Shown here piece by piece: positions 7,752-16,664 of a stretch of DNA of 64,000 bases. The DNA is taken from the IMG/VR virus record IMGVR_UViG_3300034062_005355; one strand, 5' to 3'. Origin of the DNA: a virus (Duplodnaviria > Caudoviricetes). Under the pieces are notes generated by a model. It saw nothing but the letters and a program-made list of their open reading frames with translations, had not been told where the DNA came from and ran no database searches. How positions within the stretch are numbered: the first letter of the stretch is position 1; the number at the start of each line of letters is the position of its first letter. The position numbers and the translations under genes were made by a program.

Positions 7752-8591
7752 ATGAATAATTTAGAACTACTAAAAAACGTATTAAGCGTTCCAACTAAGA
7801 CATATCAAGAAGAAAGAATGGTTGCGTTTTTGGTTAATTGGTTAACCGAAAATAATATTACACATTTTGTTGATGAATATCATAACGTATATGCAACAAA
7901 ACAAGAATCGTCAGAATTACCTGAAGATTTTTATTTCCCATGTGTTATTTCCCATACTGACACCGTTCACAACATTGACACAATTAATATTAAGGAAGAA
8001 ATGTTATTCAATGCTCAAGGAGAGGAAAAACTATCTTACAAAGCGTATAACGACCAAGGAAACCCAACTGGTATTGGTGGTGATGACAAATGTGGTGTTT
8101 TTGCTTGTTTAACTTTACTACAAGAATTACCAAATGTTAAAGCCGCGTTCTTTGTATCCGAAGAAACTGGTTGTCATGGTTCACTTAAAGCGAGTAAAGA
8201 ATTTTTTAAAAATGTTGGGTATGGAATTCAATTTGACGCACCTGAAAATTGGATGATTACAGAAAAATGTTTTGGCCAAGTATTGTTTGACAGGGATACA
8301 GAATTTTTTGAGGCTTGTGATAAAGTTTTGACTGAAGGAATGAATCAAAATGATATGGAGTACATGGTTCACCCTTACACTGACGTATATGCCCTAAGAA
8401 GTAAGTTTAACTTCTCTTGTATTAACATTTCGATTGGATATTACAATTATCACACAAAACATGAATATGTGGTAGTTGAAGATGTTTTTAACGGAATTGA
8501 TCTGGGTAAGAAAATGATTGAAAACCTTGGGAATAAATTACACTACAAGAAATCAGTTAATTACGACTGGAAAACTCGGTTAGTATTTTAA
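7752..8591 (+). CDS. M20/M28-family Zn metallopeptidase-like protein
   Basis: ISHTDTVH, GIGGDDKCG, FFVSEETG, SIGYYNYHTKHE. Confidence 0.8.
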   Translation: MNNLELLKNVLSVPTKTYQEERMVAFLVNWLTENNITHFVDEYHNVYATKQESSELPEDFYFPCVISHTDTVHNIDTINIKEEMLFNAQGEEKLSYKAYNDQGNPTGIGGDDKCGVFACLTLLQELPNVKAAFFVSEETGCHGSLKASKEFFKNVGYGIQFDAPENWMITEKCFGQVLFDRDTEFFEACDKVLTEGMNQNDMEYMVHPYTDVYALRSKFNFSCINISIGYYNYHTKHEYVVVEDVFNGIDLGKKMIENLGNKLHYKKSVNYDWKTRLVF

Positions 8592-8776
8592 TTATAAGTC
8601 GGATGAGAAATTATCCGATTTTTTTTGTCTTTAGGTTCATTGTCATGACCACATTTATGACAAATATATAGGTCATCACCACCATCAGAAATATCCCAAC
8701 TATGTGGACACTCATCACATAAAACTTTACCGTCTTTAACGGTTTCTCTGATAATTCTTCTGATTAACTCTTTCAT
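8588..8776 (-). CDS. Small Zn-ribbon protein
   Basis: CDEC...CHKC; ATG at 8776; TATTTATA upstream (8781-8788, minus strand). Confidence 0.7.
   Translation of the reverse strand: MKELIRRIIRETVKDGKVLCDECPHSWDISDGGDDLYICHKCGHDNEPKDKKNRIISHPTYN
8596..8627 (+). terminator. Intrinsic terminator
   Basis: gtcggatga-gaaa-ttatccgat followed by a T8 run. Confidence 0.65.
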
Positions 8777-8790
8777 CAAATATAAATATA

Positions 8791-8820
8791 TAAAAAAAGG
8801 GGGATTTTCATCCCCCTTCT
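8791..8820 (-). terminator. Terminator after clpC
   Basis: ggggga-tttt-catccccc hairpin; U tract on the minus strand. Confidence 0.6.
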
Positions 8821-8823
8821 TAA

Positions 8824-10839
8824 TTATCGTCCTTTCTTTTGGACCACCACATTTTCATCCACTACTTTGATGAGATAAGTTTTACCCTCAATCATCTTAC
8901 CTGTTAGAACTTCTTCAGACAATAGGTCTTCAACCTTATCTTGAATTGCTCTTTTCAATGGACGAGCTCCGTATAATTCATCATAACCAATCTTAGCAAG
9001 ATACTCAACCAATGAATCATCGTATGTGATGTTGTATTTCATGTCTACAAGACGAACTACCAACTTCTTTAATTCAATGTCTGTAATCTTTTTAATATCC
9101 TCTTGAGATAAAGAATTAAATACGATTGTATCATCAATACGATTTAAGAACTCAGGAGAAAAGAAATTCTTCATTTCTTTCATTAACATTTGTTTCTTAG
9201 CTTCTTCATTACTATATGCGTTTGAAGAGAAACCAATACCTGTTCCAAATTCTTGTAGTTTCTTAACCCCTAAATTTGATGTCAAGATAATCAAGGTATT
9301 CTTGAAGTTAATCTTACGACCTAAACTATCTGTCACATGACCATCATCCAAGATTTGAAGTAAAACAGTGAATACATCTTTGTGTGCTTTTTCCACCTCG
9401 TCAAACAAGATAACTGAATATGGTTTGTTTTTAACTTTTTCAGTTAACAATCCACCTTCTTCATAACCAACATAACCCGGAGGAGCTCCCACTAATTTAG
9501 AAATACTATGTTTCTCTTGGTATTCTGACATATCCACACGGATAAGTGAATCTTCAGAACCAAACATTTCCTTAGCCAATTGTTTTGCCAAGTATGTTTT
9601 ACCAACACCAGTAGAACCCAAGAACACGAATGAGCCAATTGGACGGTTAGGGTCTTTAATGCCCAAACGGTTTCTTTTAATAGATTTTGCAATCTTAACA
9701 ACAGCGTTGTCCTGACCAATAACTTTACCAATTAAGTTTTTGTCTAAATCTAACAATGATTTTGTGTCATCAACGCTCATTTTGTTTACAGGAATTTTGG
9801 TCATGTTTGAAACAACATCGTATACGTGTTCCAACAAGATGGTTTGTTTTTCCTTCGCCAATTGTTCTTCAAACTTAATTTTTTCTTGCTCAAGTTTTAT
9901 TAACAATTTCTTCTCCTTGTCACGAAGTTCTGCTGCTTGTTCGTAGTTTTGTTTTTTAACCACATCAATTTTTTGTTGTTTGATATCTGCAGCCTTCTTT
10001 TTAAGGTCTTCAATAACATCAGGAACTTTTAAGTCAGTTTGCATTCTTGCCCCAACCTCATCCAAGATGTCAAACGCTTTGTCAGGAAATTCACGGTCAG
10101 TGATATAACGGTCTGCCAACTTAACACAAGTTTCAATAACCTCATCACTGTAATTTACCTTGTGGAAGTTTTCGTATTTGTCACGAACATTCTTAAGGAT
10201 TTGAATTGTTTCATCAACTGATGATGGATCAACAATTACTTTTTGGAATCTACGTTCTAACGCTCCGTCTTTTTCAATGTTCTTACGGAATTCATCCAAT
10301 GTGGTTGCTCCAATACATTGAAGTTCACCACGAGAAAGTGCTGGTTTAAAGATGTTTGAACCATCCATTGAACCTGAAGAATTACCTGAACCAACCAAAG
10401 TGTGAATCTCGTCAATAAACACAATGATGTTTGGATTCGCCTGAAGTTCTTCAATAATCACTTTCATTCTTTCTTCGAATTGTCCACGGTATTTGGTACC
10501 AGCAACAACTGAAGTTAGGTCAAGGTTAACAATACGTTTGTCAATTAAGTTACGAGGACATTCCCCATTAACAATTTTAATTGCCAAACCTTCAACAAGA
10601 GCAGTTTTACCACAACCAGGTTCACCAATAATAATTGGGTTATTTTTCTTTCTACGAGATAAAATCTGAGCAATTCTCAAAATCTCTCGGTCACGACCAA
10701 TAACAGGGTCAAGTTTACCCGCCTCAGCTAATTTATTTAGGTCTCTACTGAAGTTGTCTAATACAGGTGTGTTTGAATCTGCAGATGATTTTGATTTTTT
10801 ACTCATCATTTTGTCGTCATCGTCCATTAAGTCGTTCAT
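8824..10839 (-). CDS. clpC: ClpC-like Hsp100 AAA+ ATPase lacking the N-terminal Clp-repeat domain (likely start MNDL at 10839)
   Basis: D1 GEPGCGKT/FIDEIH, UVR middle domain KKQNYEQAAELRDKEK, D2 GSTGVGKT/LFDEVEKAH, ClpP-docking IGF loop, GARPL. Confidence 0.9.
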   Translation of the reverse strand: MNDLMDDDDKMMSKKSKSSADSNTPVLDNFSRDLNKLAEAGKLDPVIGRDREILRIAQILSRRKKNNPIIIGEPGCGKTALVEGLAIKIVNGECPRNLIDKRIVNLDLTSVVAGTKYRGQFEERMKVIIEELQANPNIIVFIDEIHTLVGSGNSSGSMDGSNIFKPALSRGELQCIGATTLDEFRKNIEKDGALERRFQKVIVDPSSVDETIQILKNVRDKYENFHKVNYSDEVIETCVKLADRYITDREFPDKAFDILDEVGARMQTDLKVPDVIEDLKKKAADIKQQKIDVVKKQNYEQAAELRDKEKKLLIKLEQEKIKFEEQLAKEKQTILLEHVYDVVSNMTKIPVNKMSVDDTKSLLDLDKNLIGKVIGQDNAVVKIAKSIKRNRLGIKDPNRPIGSFVFLGSTGVGKTYLAKQLAKEMFGSEDSLIRVDMSEYQEKHSISKLVGAPPGYVGYEEGGLLTEKVKNKPYSVILFDEVEKAHKDVFTVLLQILDDGHVTDSLGRKINFKNTLIILTSNLGVKKLQEFGTGIGFSSNAYSNEEAKKQMLMKEMKNFFSPEFLNRIDDTIVFNSLSQEDIKKITDIELKKLVVRLVDMKYNITYDDSLVEYLAKIGYDELYGARPLKRAIQDKVEDLLSEEVLTGKMIEGKTYLIKVVDENVVVQKKGR

Positions 10840-10895
10840 ATATTTTATAGATTTTTTACAAAGTAACAACAAATTTTATACATCTCCAAATAATT

Positions 10896-10939
10896 TGTCA
10901 AATTGTCAGTAATATTTTTTTATAATGACATAATGTCAT
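10896..10939. promoter_or_regulatory. Putative operator: perfect inverted repeat ATGACA-TAA-TGTCAT plus two extra TGTCA half-sites
   Basis: Inverted repeat at 10925-10939; TGTCA at 10896-10900 and 10904-10908; lies in the clpC/UVR divergent gap. Confidence 0.45.
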
Positions 10940-11001
10940 ATAATATTTGTTTTATCTGAAAAAATGACTTATATTTATCAAAGGAATAAATTTTGATACC
11001 A

Positions 11002-11032
11002 CAAAGATATAAAATAAATTTACAAAAACAAA
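11002..11032 (-). promoter_or_regulatory. Bacteroidota promoter for clpC
   Basis: Minus strand TTTG-N19-TATCTTTG. Confidence 0.6.
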
Positions 11033-11038
11033 AAAAAT

Positions 11039-11437
11039 ATGTTTAACAAAAGAAACTTTAATTTTAACTTTGACGAGTTAATAGCTCGTTATGAAAAAAT
11101 GATGGAAGATTTCCATAAAACGGATTGGTCGGAAAAAAGTTATGAATCACCTGATGGTTCATATAAAGTGACTAGTTACTATAAGGTATTTGATTTATCA
11201 GATTTAGACAAGTCAAAACAAATGAGTAAAGAAGAATACCTTAAGATTAAACTTCAAAGGGCAATTGAAACTGAAGATTTTGAATCAGCAATTAAATTGA
11301 GAGACCAAATTAAAAACTTAGAATCAAATCAAGAAGAAATTGAAAAAGTTGAACTTGAATTGAAAAAAGCAATTAAGGAACAAAACTTTGAAATGGCGAT
11401 TGAACTCAGGGATGAATTAAAAAAACTGAAGTCTTAA
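11039..11437 (+). CDS. Tandem UVR (UvrB/UvrC motif) protein, McsA-C-terminal-like
   Basis: LQRAIETEDFESAIKLRDQI and LKKAIKEQNFEMAIELRDEL. Confidence 0.8.
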   Translation: MFNKRNFNFNFDELIARYEKMMEDFHKTDWSEKSYESPDGSYKVTSYYKVFDLSDLDKSKQMSKEEYLKIKLQRAIETEDFESAIKLRDQIKNLESNQEEIEKVELELKKAIKEQNFEMAIELRDELKKLKS

Positions 11438-11440
11438 ATG

Positions 11441-11467
11441 AAACCCTCACCAAATGGTGGGGGTTTT
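11441..11467 (+). terminator. Intrinsic terminator
   Basis: aaaccctcacc-aaat-ggtgggggtttt. Confidence 0.75.
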
Positions 11468-11479
11468 GTATTTATATAC

Positions 11480-11662
11480 ATGAAACCTTTTGAATTATAT
11501 TTAAATGGATCTTTAACTTTAAGAGAACTACTTAATACATATATTGAGTTAAGACAGCATTTCCAAGAATATTTAAAACCATTAATGGAAAAAATAAACG
11601 AATTAACCCCACTAAGTAAAGATGGCTATAGTCAAAGAAGAAATCAACGGGACGAAGATTAA
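11480..11662 (+). CDS. Hypothetical protein (start moved to 11480)
   Basis: The track start lies inside the terminator; ATG 11480 follows TATTTATA at 11469-11476. Confidence 0.5.
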   Translation: MKPFELYLNGSLTLRELLNTYIELRQHFQEYLKPLMEKINELTPLSKDGYSQRRNQRDED

Positions 11663-11864
11663 AAACGAAATAAAATCGTCAAATATTAAATCAACTGAAT
11701 ACGATACTGAAACAAAAGATTTAGTTGTTGAATTTAATAACGGAGCAAAATACAAATACGATGGGGTTCCCCATCAGGTTTATACAAAACTTAGGTTAGC
11801 AGAATCTCAAGGTAAATTTTTTACCACAGATATCGCAAAAAAATACCCATATAAAAAACTTTAA
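11622..11864 (+). CDS. KTSC domain protein
   Basis: SSNIKSTEYD..TKDLVVEFNNGAKYKYDGVP...AESQGKFF. Confidence 0.9.
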   Translation: MAIVKEEINGTKIKNEIKSSNIKSTEYDTETKDLVVEFNNGAKYKYDGVPHQVYTKLRLAESQGKFFTTDIAKKYPYKKL

Positions 11865-11885
11865 TAATCCTACTATTTATATAGG

Positions 11886-12611
11886 ATGAATAGTTTTCAA
11901 AAAATCCTTGATAGTTTTTCTATTAAGGACACATTAAACCCAAAAATTTGGGAATCCCCAAAAGAACCTAACAAAGCGGTTATGATACCAAAAGTTAGAA
12001 AAGCTCTTACGCGTATTGCGGAAGAGTTTATTGATTATTTGGGTGATGATGTTTTTGTGGACGATATTCATCTCACAGGTTCATTGGCAAATTTTAATTG
12101 GTCAGAATTTTCAGATTTTGATTTACATGTAATTGTTGATTTACAACAATACGAAAACCAAAGTGAATTGTATAAAGAATTGTTTAATTTAAAAAAACAA
12201 GTTTTCAACGACAAACATAATATTAAGATTTTTGGTTATGATGTTGAGTTATATGCTCAAGATGCAGAAGAACCACATTATAGTTCGGGAGTTTATTCTG
12301 TTATGAATGATGAATGGATTAGTAAACCAAAAAAATTCAAGAATGAAATTGATAAAGGTGTGCTTGAAAAAAAGATAAAAACTTGGACAGAAAAGATTGA
12401 TACTGCAATTGACGAGGGCAAAGATTTAGAAACAATTAAGACTAAACTCAAAGATTATAGAAAGGCTGGGTTAGAAAAAGATGGTGAATTATCTTATGAA
12501 AATTTAGTCTTTAAGTTTTTAAGAAGGTCAGGTCACATAGAAAAATTATTTGATACCGTGAATAAAGAGACAGATAAAGAGTTGTCTGTTGAAAGAACAA
12601 TTCAAGAATAA
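11886..12611 (+). CDS. Pol-beta superfamily nucleotidyltransferase
   Basis: LTGSLANFNWSEFSDFDLHV (GS...DxD) and a later VELYAQD acidic residue. Confidence 0.75.
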   Translation: MNSFQKILDSFSIKDTLNPKIWESPKEPNKAVMIPKVRKALTRIAEEFIDYLGDDVFVDDIHLTGSLANFNWSEFSDFDLHVIVDLQQYENQSELYKELFNLKKQVFNDKHNIKIFGYDVELYAQDAEEPHYSSGVYSVMNDEWISKPKKFKNEIDKGVLEKKIKTWTEKIDTAIDEGKDLETIKTKLKDYRKAGLEKDGELSYENLVFKFLRRSGHIEKLFDTVNKETDKELSVERTIQE

Positions 12612-12659
12612 TTAAATTATTCGTATGAATCATATATTTATTAAGAAAAATTAATACAC

Positions 12660-12854
12660 ATGGCAACATATTCCGCAAATACACAATACGAGTATACCGT
12701 TGAGATTTTAGGTAATTTTAGTGGTGGTTCAATTACAGAGGGAGGTCCAGCTAATGGGTTTGCCCCTCATCCCGTATTTTCTAATGCTGATAATGAACCA
12801 ATCGTGCAACTAAACGCAATAACCTTAGGTGGTTTTAACGGATTAAATAATTAA
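12660..12854 (+). CDS. Hypothetical protein
   Basis: 64-aa ORF with TATTTAT upstream. Confidence 0.65.
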   Translation: MATYSANTQYEYTVEILGNFSGGSITEGGPANGFAPHPVFSNADNEPIVQLNAITLGGFNGLNN

Positions 12855-12872
12855 AATATAAAATAAAAAGAT

Positions 12873-14105
12873 ATGGCAGATTTAAAACCAATTGGTAGTG
12901 AAAAACTAAAAGGCCAAGACAAACTAAATAGAATTATGGAAATTGCTCGTTTTAACGAAGTAATGCCAAAAGCAATTAACGAAACTGCAAAATCTGAATA
13001 TTCAGTAGCTCTTGCCGACGGAAACAAATATGAAATTGTTAGAGAAAGACAAGGGTATATTATTAAGAAAACTATTTCAGAATCTGAAACTGAATATATT
13101 GAACCTATGAAAAATAGGAAATATTATTCATCGTATTCACAAGCGTTTAAAAGGTTAAATCTTGTTGCTGGTGAATTAAATAGACTTAATGAAAATGATG
13201 AAGGTATTTCTTTATATGGTGAACAAAAAAAATTCACATTAAAAACACCAAAACCAGCACCATCACCTGAAATGGAGGCTCCTATGGCTCCTCCAGCAGC
13301 ACCACCATCAGTACCTTCACCTGAATTACCACCATCACCGATGGGAGGAGAAGAAGACATGGGAATGGAAGACATGGGAATGGAAGACATGGGAATGGAA
13401 GACATGGCACCTGAGACTGATGTTGAAGATATTGATGTTGATACTGAAGAAGGTGGAGAAGACCAAGTTACTTTTAAATCAATCCAAAAACTTACAGGTA
13501 AATTAACTCAAAAAATTAGAACACTTGATAGTCAAGAAGGAATGACTTCTGAAGACATCAAATATGTAATTAATATGGTATTATCTTCATTAGATTTAAA
13601 ATCATTATCTGAGGAAGATATGGAAGACATTATGTCCAAATTTGAAGAAGATGAAACTGAAGATTTTGGAGCTGAAGATGATATGGACGGTGAAGATATG
13701 ACTGACGATACTGAAGTTGAAGATATTCAAACTGATATGGATGTTCCTGTTGAGGGTTATGAAATGGAAGAAGAAGATTATGGTAATGGAGCAATCTTTG
13801 ATAGTATCTTTGGTGAATCAAAAGTAGATAAAGTAATTTCAAAATATTTTGAGGTTTCTAAAAAAGAAATCAGAGAAGGTAAAGAAAAACAAATTCAAGA
13901 AACTGCTAAGAAAAAAGCTGTAGTTAATCAGATTATGGAATCAGTTGTTAAAATGACTGAAACTATTGAACAAGAATTAGCTGCGAAAAAATTTATAAAA
14001 GAAAATTTAAATTCTAAGTTTGTTGGAATTACAAACAAAAAGAATTTAGTTTTTGAAACTAAAGCAGGTCAAGTAAGAATTACACCAAACGGAGATTTAA
14101 TATGA
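12873..14105 (+). CDS. Acidic low-complexity protein (probable head/virion-associated)
   Basis: 410-aa ORF in the head operon; Pro-rich and D/E/M-rich segments. Confidence 0.8.
   Translation: MADLKPIGSEKLKGQDKLNRIMEIARFNEVMPKAINETAKSEYSVALADGNKYEIVRERQGYIIKKTISESETEYIEPMKNRKYYSSYSQAFKRLNLVAGELNRLNENDEGISLYGEQKKFTLKTPKPAPSPEMEAPMAPPAAPPSVPSPELPPSPMGGEEDMGMEDMGMEDMGMEDMAPETDVEDIDVDTEEGGEDQVTFKSIQKLTGKLTQKIRTLDSQEGMTSEDIKYVINMVLSSLDLKSLSEEDMEDIMSKFEEDETEDFGAEDDMDGEDMTDDTEVEDIQTDMDVPVEGYEMEEEDYGNGAIFDSIFGESKVDKVISKYFEVSKKEIREGKEKQIQETAKKKAVVNQIMESVVKMTETIEQELAAKKFIKENLNSKFVGITNKKNLVFETKAGQVRITPNGDLI
13353..13407 (+). repeat. 15-nt tandem repeat (GAAGACATGGGAATG, ~3.7 copies; EDMGM)
   Basis: Read directly. 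Confidence 0.9.
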
Positions 14106-14497
14106 GCTATTTAACTTATGTTAACGGACTAGGTCCTAACTATAAGGGAGATAATTTATACGAATTTATATTTTCAGATAGTTTGGATGTTTGGGGAGAA
14201 TCTTGGGAGAGTAAACCTTCCAACGGTTATCCAACTCCACCTGAATTACAATACATTAAGAAAGTAGGAGTTCTGAGAAATACTGATTTAAAATTGGAAT
14301 TGATTCAGAACTCCGATTTTTTTTGTATGATAGACGCAATAGATGATGTTGTTGCGTTAGCCTGGGAAACTGAAGAATCTGAAGGACAAAAAAGAATGGT
14401 GTTTAGATTTGGAAGTACCGAGCAAGAAATTAAAGATAAACTCTACGAAAGAGATTTGATTTTAGAATTTGAAAAAAAGTTAATATATGAAAGTTAA
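14102..14497 (+). CDS. Hypothetical protein
   Basis: 131-aa ORF with ATGA overlap. Confidence 0.8.
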   Translation: MSYLTYVNGLGPNYKGDNLYEFIFSDSLDVWGESWESKPSNGYPTPPELQYIKKVGVLRNTDLKLELIQNSDFFCMIDAIDDVVALAWETEESEGQKRMVFRFGSTEQEIKDKLYERDLILEFEKKLIYES

Positions 14498-15368
14498 TAA
14501 AAAAGCCCTTGAATTGATTGATAAAGGTTTATCATCTAAAACAGTTAGTAAATTAACTGAATCACAGATTAATGTATTACATAAAAAATTATTTGTTGAA
14601 GAAACAATGGTATCAAAAACAGATGCTGAGACAATTAGTAAATTAAAAAGTGAAAAAAAACCATTTCAAGTTTATGAAAAAGAACTGGATGAAGAAGAAG
14701 AAGTAACTTTAGACCCAAATAAAGATACTGAGACTCAAGACCCTCATCAAGTAGGTCCTTCATCAGATGATGGATTTGGTGATGAAACGGATGGTATGGG
14801 AATGATGGAAGAAAAAGATGGTCCAAATCCTTGGGCTATTTGTCATTCACAAGTTGGACCTAAAAAATCAAGAAAATGGGAAAGATGTGTTAGAGAAGTA
14901 AAAAAACAATTGAAAGAAGGGAAAAATCCTGTATCTTTGTTCTTGGAAACTCAAATAGAAAGAATAGTGGAAAAACATATACCCCCAAGAATTACAAAAG
15001 GAGATTTAATGAAGGTTCTTTCAGAATCAGAACCAACAACTGCTCCAACAAAACCAAAAACAAAACCTGGTACAAAACCTGATACAAGACCAAGACCATC
15101 TCATCCTGGTAAAAATCCAAACCCTGGTGAGAATCCTGCTCCAAAGGCTAAAAAGAGTGAAACAAAGGAACAACAAACCTCACCTGCACCAACAACAAAA
15201 CCAGCACCAACAAAACCTGGTACAAAACCTGATACAAGACCAAGACCATCTCATCCTGGTAAAAATCCAAACCCTGGTGAGAATCCTGCTCCAAAGGCAA
15301 AAAAAGTTTCTCCTGAACAGGCTAAAGATAAAGTGATTGATGTGATAATGAACTTATTAAAGAAATAA
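14487..15368 (+). CDS. Hypothetical protein with a small Cys module and a duplicated Pro/Lys-rich segment
   Basis: NPWAICHSQVG...WERCVREVK; duplicated KPGTKPDTRPRPSHPGKNPNPGENPAPKA. Confidence 0.8.
   Translation: MKVNKKALELIDKGLSSKTVSKLTESQINVLHKKLFVEETMVSKTDAETISKLKSEKKPFQVYEKELDEEEEVTLDPNKDTETQDPHQVGPSSDDGFGDETDGMGMMEEKDGPNPWAICHSQVGPKKSRKWERCVREVKKQLKEGKNPVSLFLETQIERIVEKHIPPRITKGDLMKVLSESEPTTAPTKPKTKPGTKPDTRPRPSHPGKNPNPGENPAPKAKKSETKEQQTSPAPTTKPAPTKPGTKPDTRPRPSHPGKNPNPGENPAPKAKKVSPEQAKDKVIDVIMNLLKK
15059..15298 (+). repeat. Perfect 90-nt direct repeat (15059-15148 and 15209-15298)
   Basis: Identical copies 150 nt apart, in frame. Confidence 0.9.
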
Positions 15369-15371
15369 TTT

Positions 15372-16658
15372 ATGGCAAAGAAAATTAACGAACAAATTGA
15401 TTACGGGAATACACCTGAAAGAATGGACCCAAACTTAGAAAGAAAGTTAGCAAGTCCTGAAGGACTTTATGCAACAAATCCTGCAATGACAAAAGGTCCT
15501 CAGGATGTTCAAAGATTGGTTAGTAAAAGATTTCAAAAAGTTGCTGATAAATTAAGAGAGGTTACAGGTATTCAAGACCTTAGTTCAAGACAAGTTCAAG
15601 GAATGGTTTATCAAGAAATGATGAGAAAACTTCCTAATATTATGAGAATTGAGAGCGCTCACAAGGATGAACTCATAGAGTTGGCAATAGAGGCGTCTTT
15701 AGATGAGGCCGAAGTTCCTGCAGATTGGTACCAAATCGAGGCGACTTTAGGTATGCCAGATACTGGTAATTTTAGATTTGAACCTGAAGATGAAGAAGAA
15801 GATGAGGAAGAAAAAGAACAACCTTTAGAATTTCCATCTTTTGATGTTGAAGATTTAACTGACGAAGAAATTTTAGAGTTAGAGAAACACAAAAGAAACA
15901 TTATCAACGCAATTATTCAAGGTGCTGCAAAAAAAGGACATTACCTTTTCCAAAAACCTGAAATTAAATCGAGATTAGATGCAATTGACCCGTCTTTATA
16001 TAGAGATTATTTGGGTATCATGGCAATCAATGATTTCATGTATTTTAGTATGGAGCAAATGATTGAAATGATGAGTCAAACAGGTCAAGGTGTTGCAGGT
16101 AAAGTTGAATTAGGTGACGCCGATGAAGATGAAGATGGTGAAGAAGGTGAATCACAATCCGACACAAAAATCATGGCCACAGGTATGATTTTCCCAATTC
16201 TTTGTCATGAAATTATTAAAGGATTAGAAGAAGCTAAAGGTAGACACGGACTACCAAAAGAGCCAGGTCTTCGTCAAAAAGTACAAGGTCAAACAGACAT
16301 TTTATCTAACGAACCAATGCAATTAAGAATCGGTCCTGAAATAGTTGAAAAAATTAGATTTGCATTACCCGATAAAATGTACGACCAAGATAATAAAGGA
16401 CTAATAAACTGGTTCCATATATTGTTATACCAAATACCAGCACAAGAGTTTTTAGAAATTATTGGAAATGCCATCTCTGAAGATTCTTCAAAAGTTAGAA
16501 AAGCAACTTCAAGATTTGAAGAAATTATGAAAGAAGCTATTCAAATGAAAGAAGAATTTGAAAACTACAAAGAAGAGGAAAATATTGATTCAGATGAGGA
16601 TGAAGATGATGGTTTAGATGACTTTTTAGGTGGTTTAGGTATATCATTACCTAAATAA
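15372..16658 (+). CDS. Hypothetical protein upstream of terminase
   Basis: 428-aa ORF, acidic linkers. Confidence 0.85.
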   Translation: MAKKINEQIDYGNTPERMDPNLERKLASPEGLYATNPAMTKGPQDVQRLVSKRFQKVADKLREVTGIQDLSSRQVQGMVYQEMMRKLPNIMRIESAHKDELIELAIEASLDEAEVPADWYQIEATLGMPDTGNFRFEPEDEEEDEEEKEQPLEFPSFDVEDLTDEEILELEKHKRNIINAIIQGAAKKGHYLFQKPEIKSRLDAIDPSLYRDYLGIMAINDFMYFSMEQMIEMMSQTGQGVAGKVELGDADEDEDGEEGESQSDTKIMATGMIFPILCHEIIKGLEEAKGRHGLPKEPGLRQKVQGQTDILSNEPMQLRIGPEIVEKIRFALPDKMYDQDNKGLINWFHILLYQIPAQEFLEIIGNAISEDSSKVRKATSRFEEIMKEAIQMKEEFENYKEEENIDSDEDEDDGLDDFLGGLGISLPK

Positions 16659-16664
16659 CATTTT

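Noticed and set aside
11438-11479. Track start of the 74-aa ORF at 11438
   Set aside because: It runs through a terminator hairpin; the ATG at 11480 after TATTTATA is more plausible.
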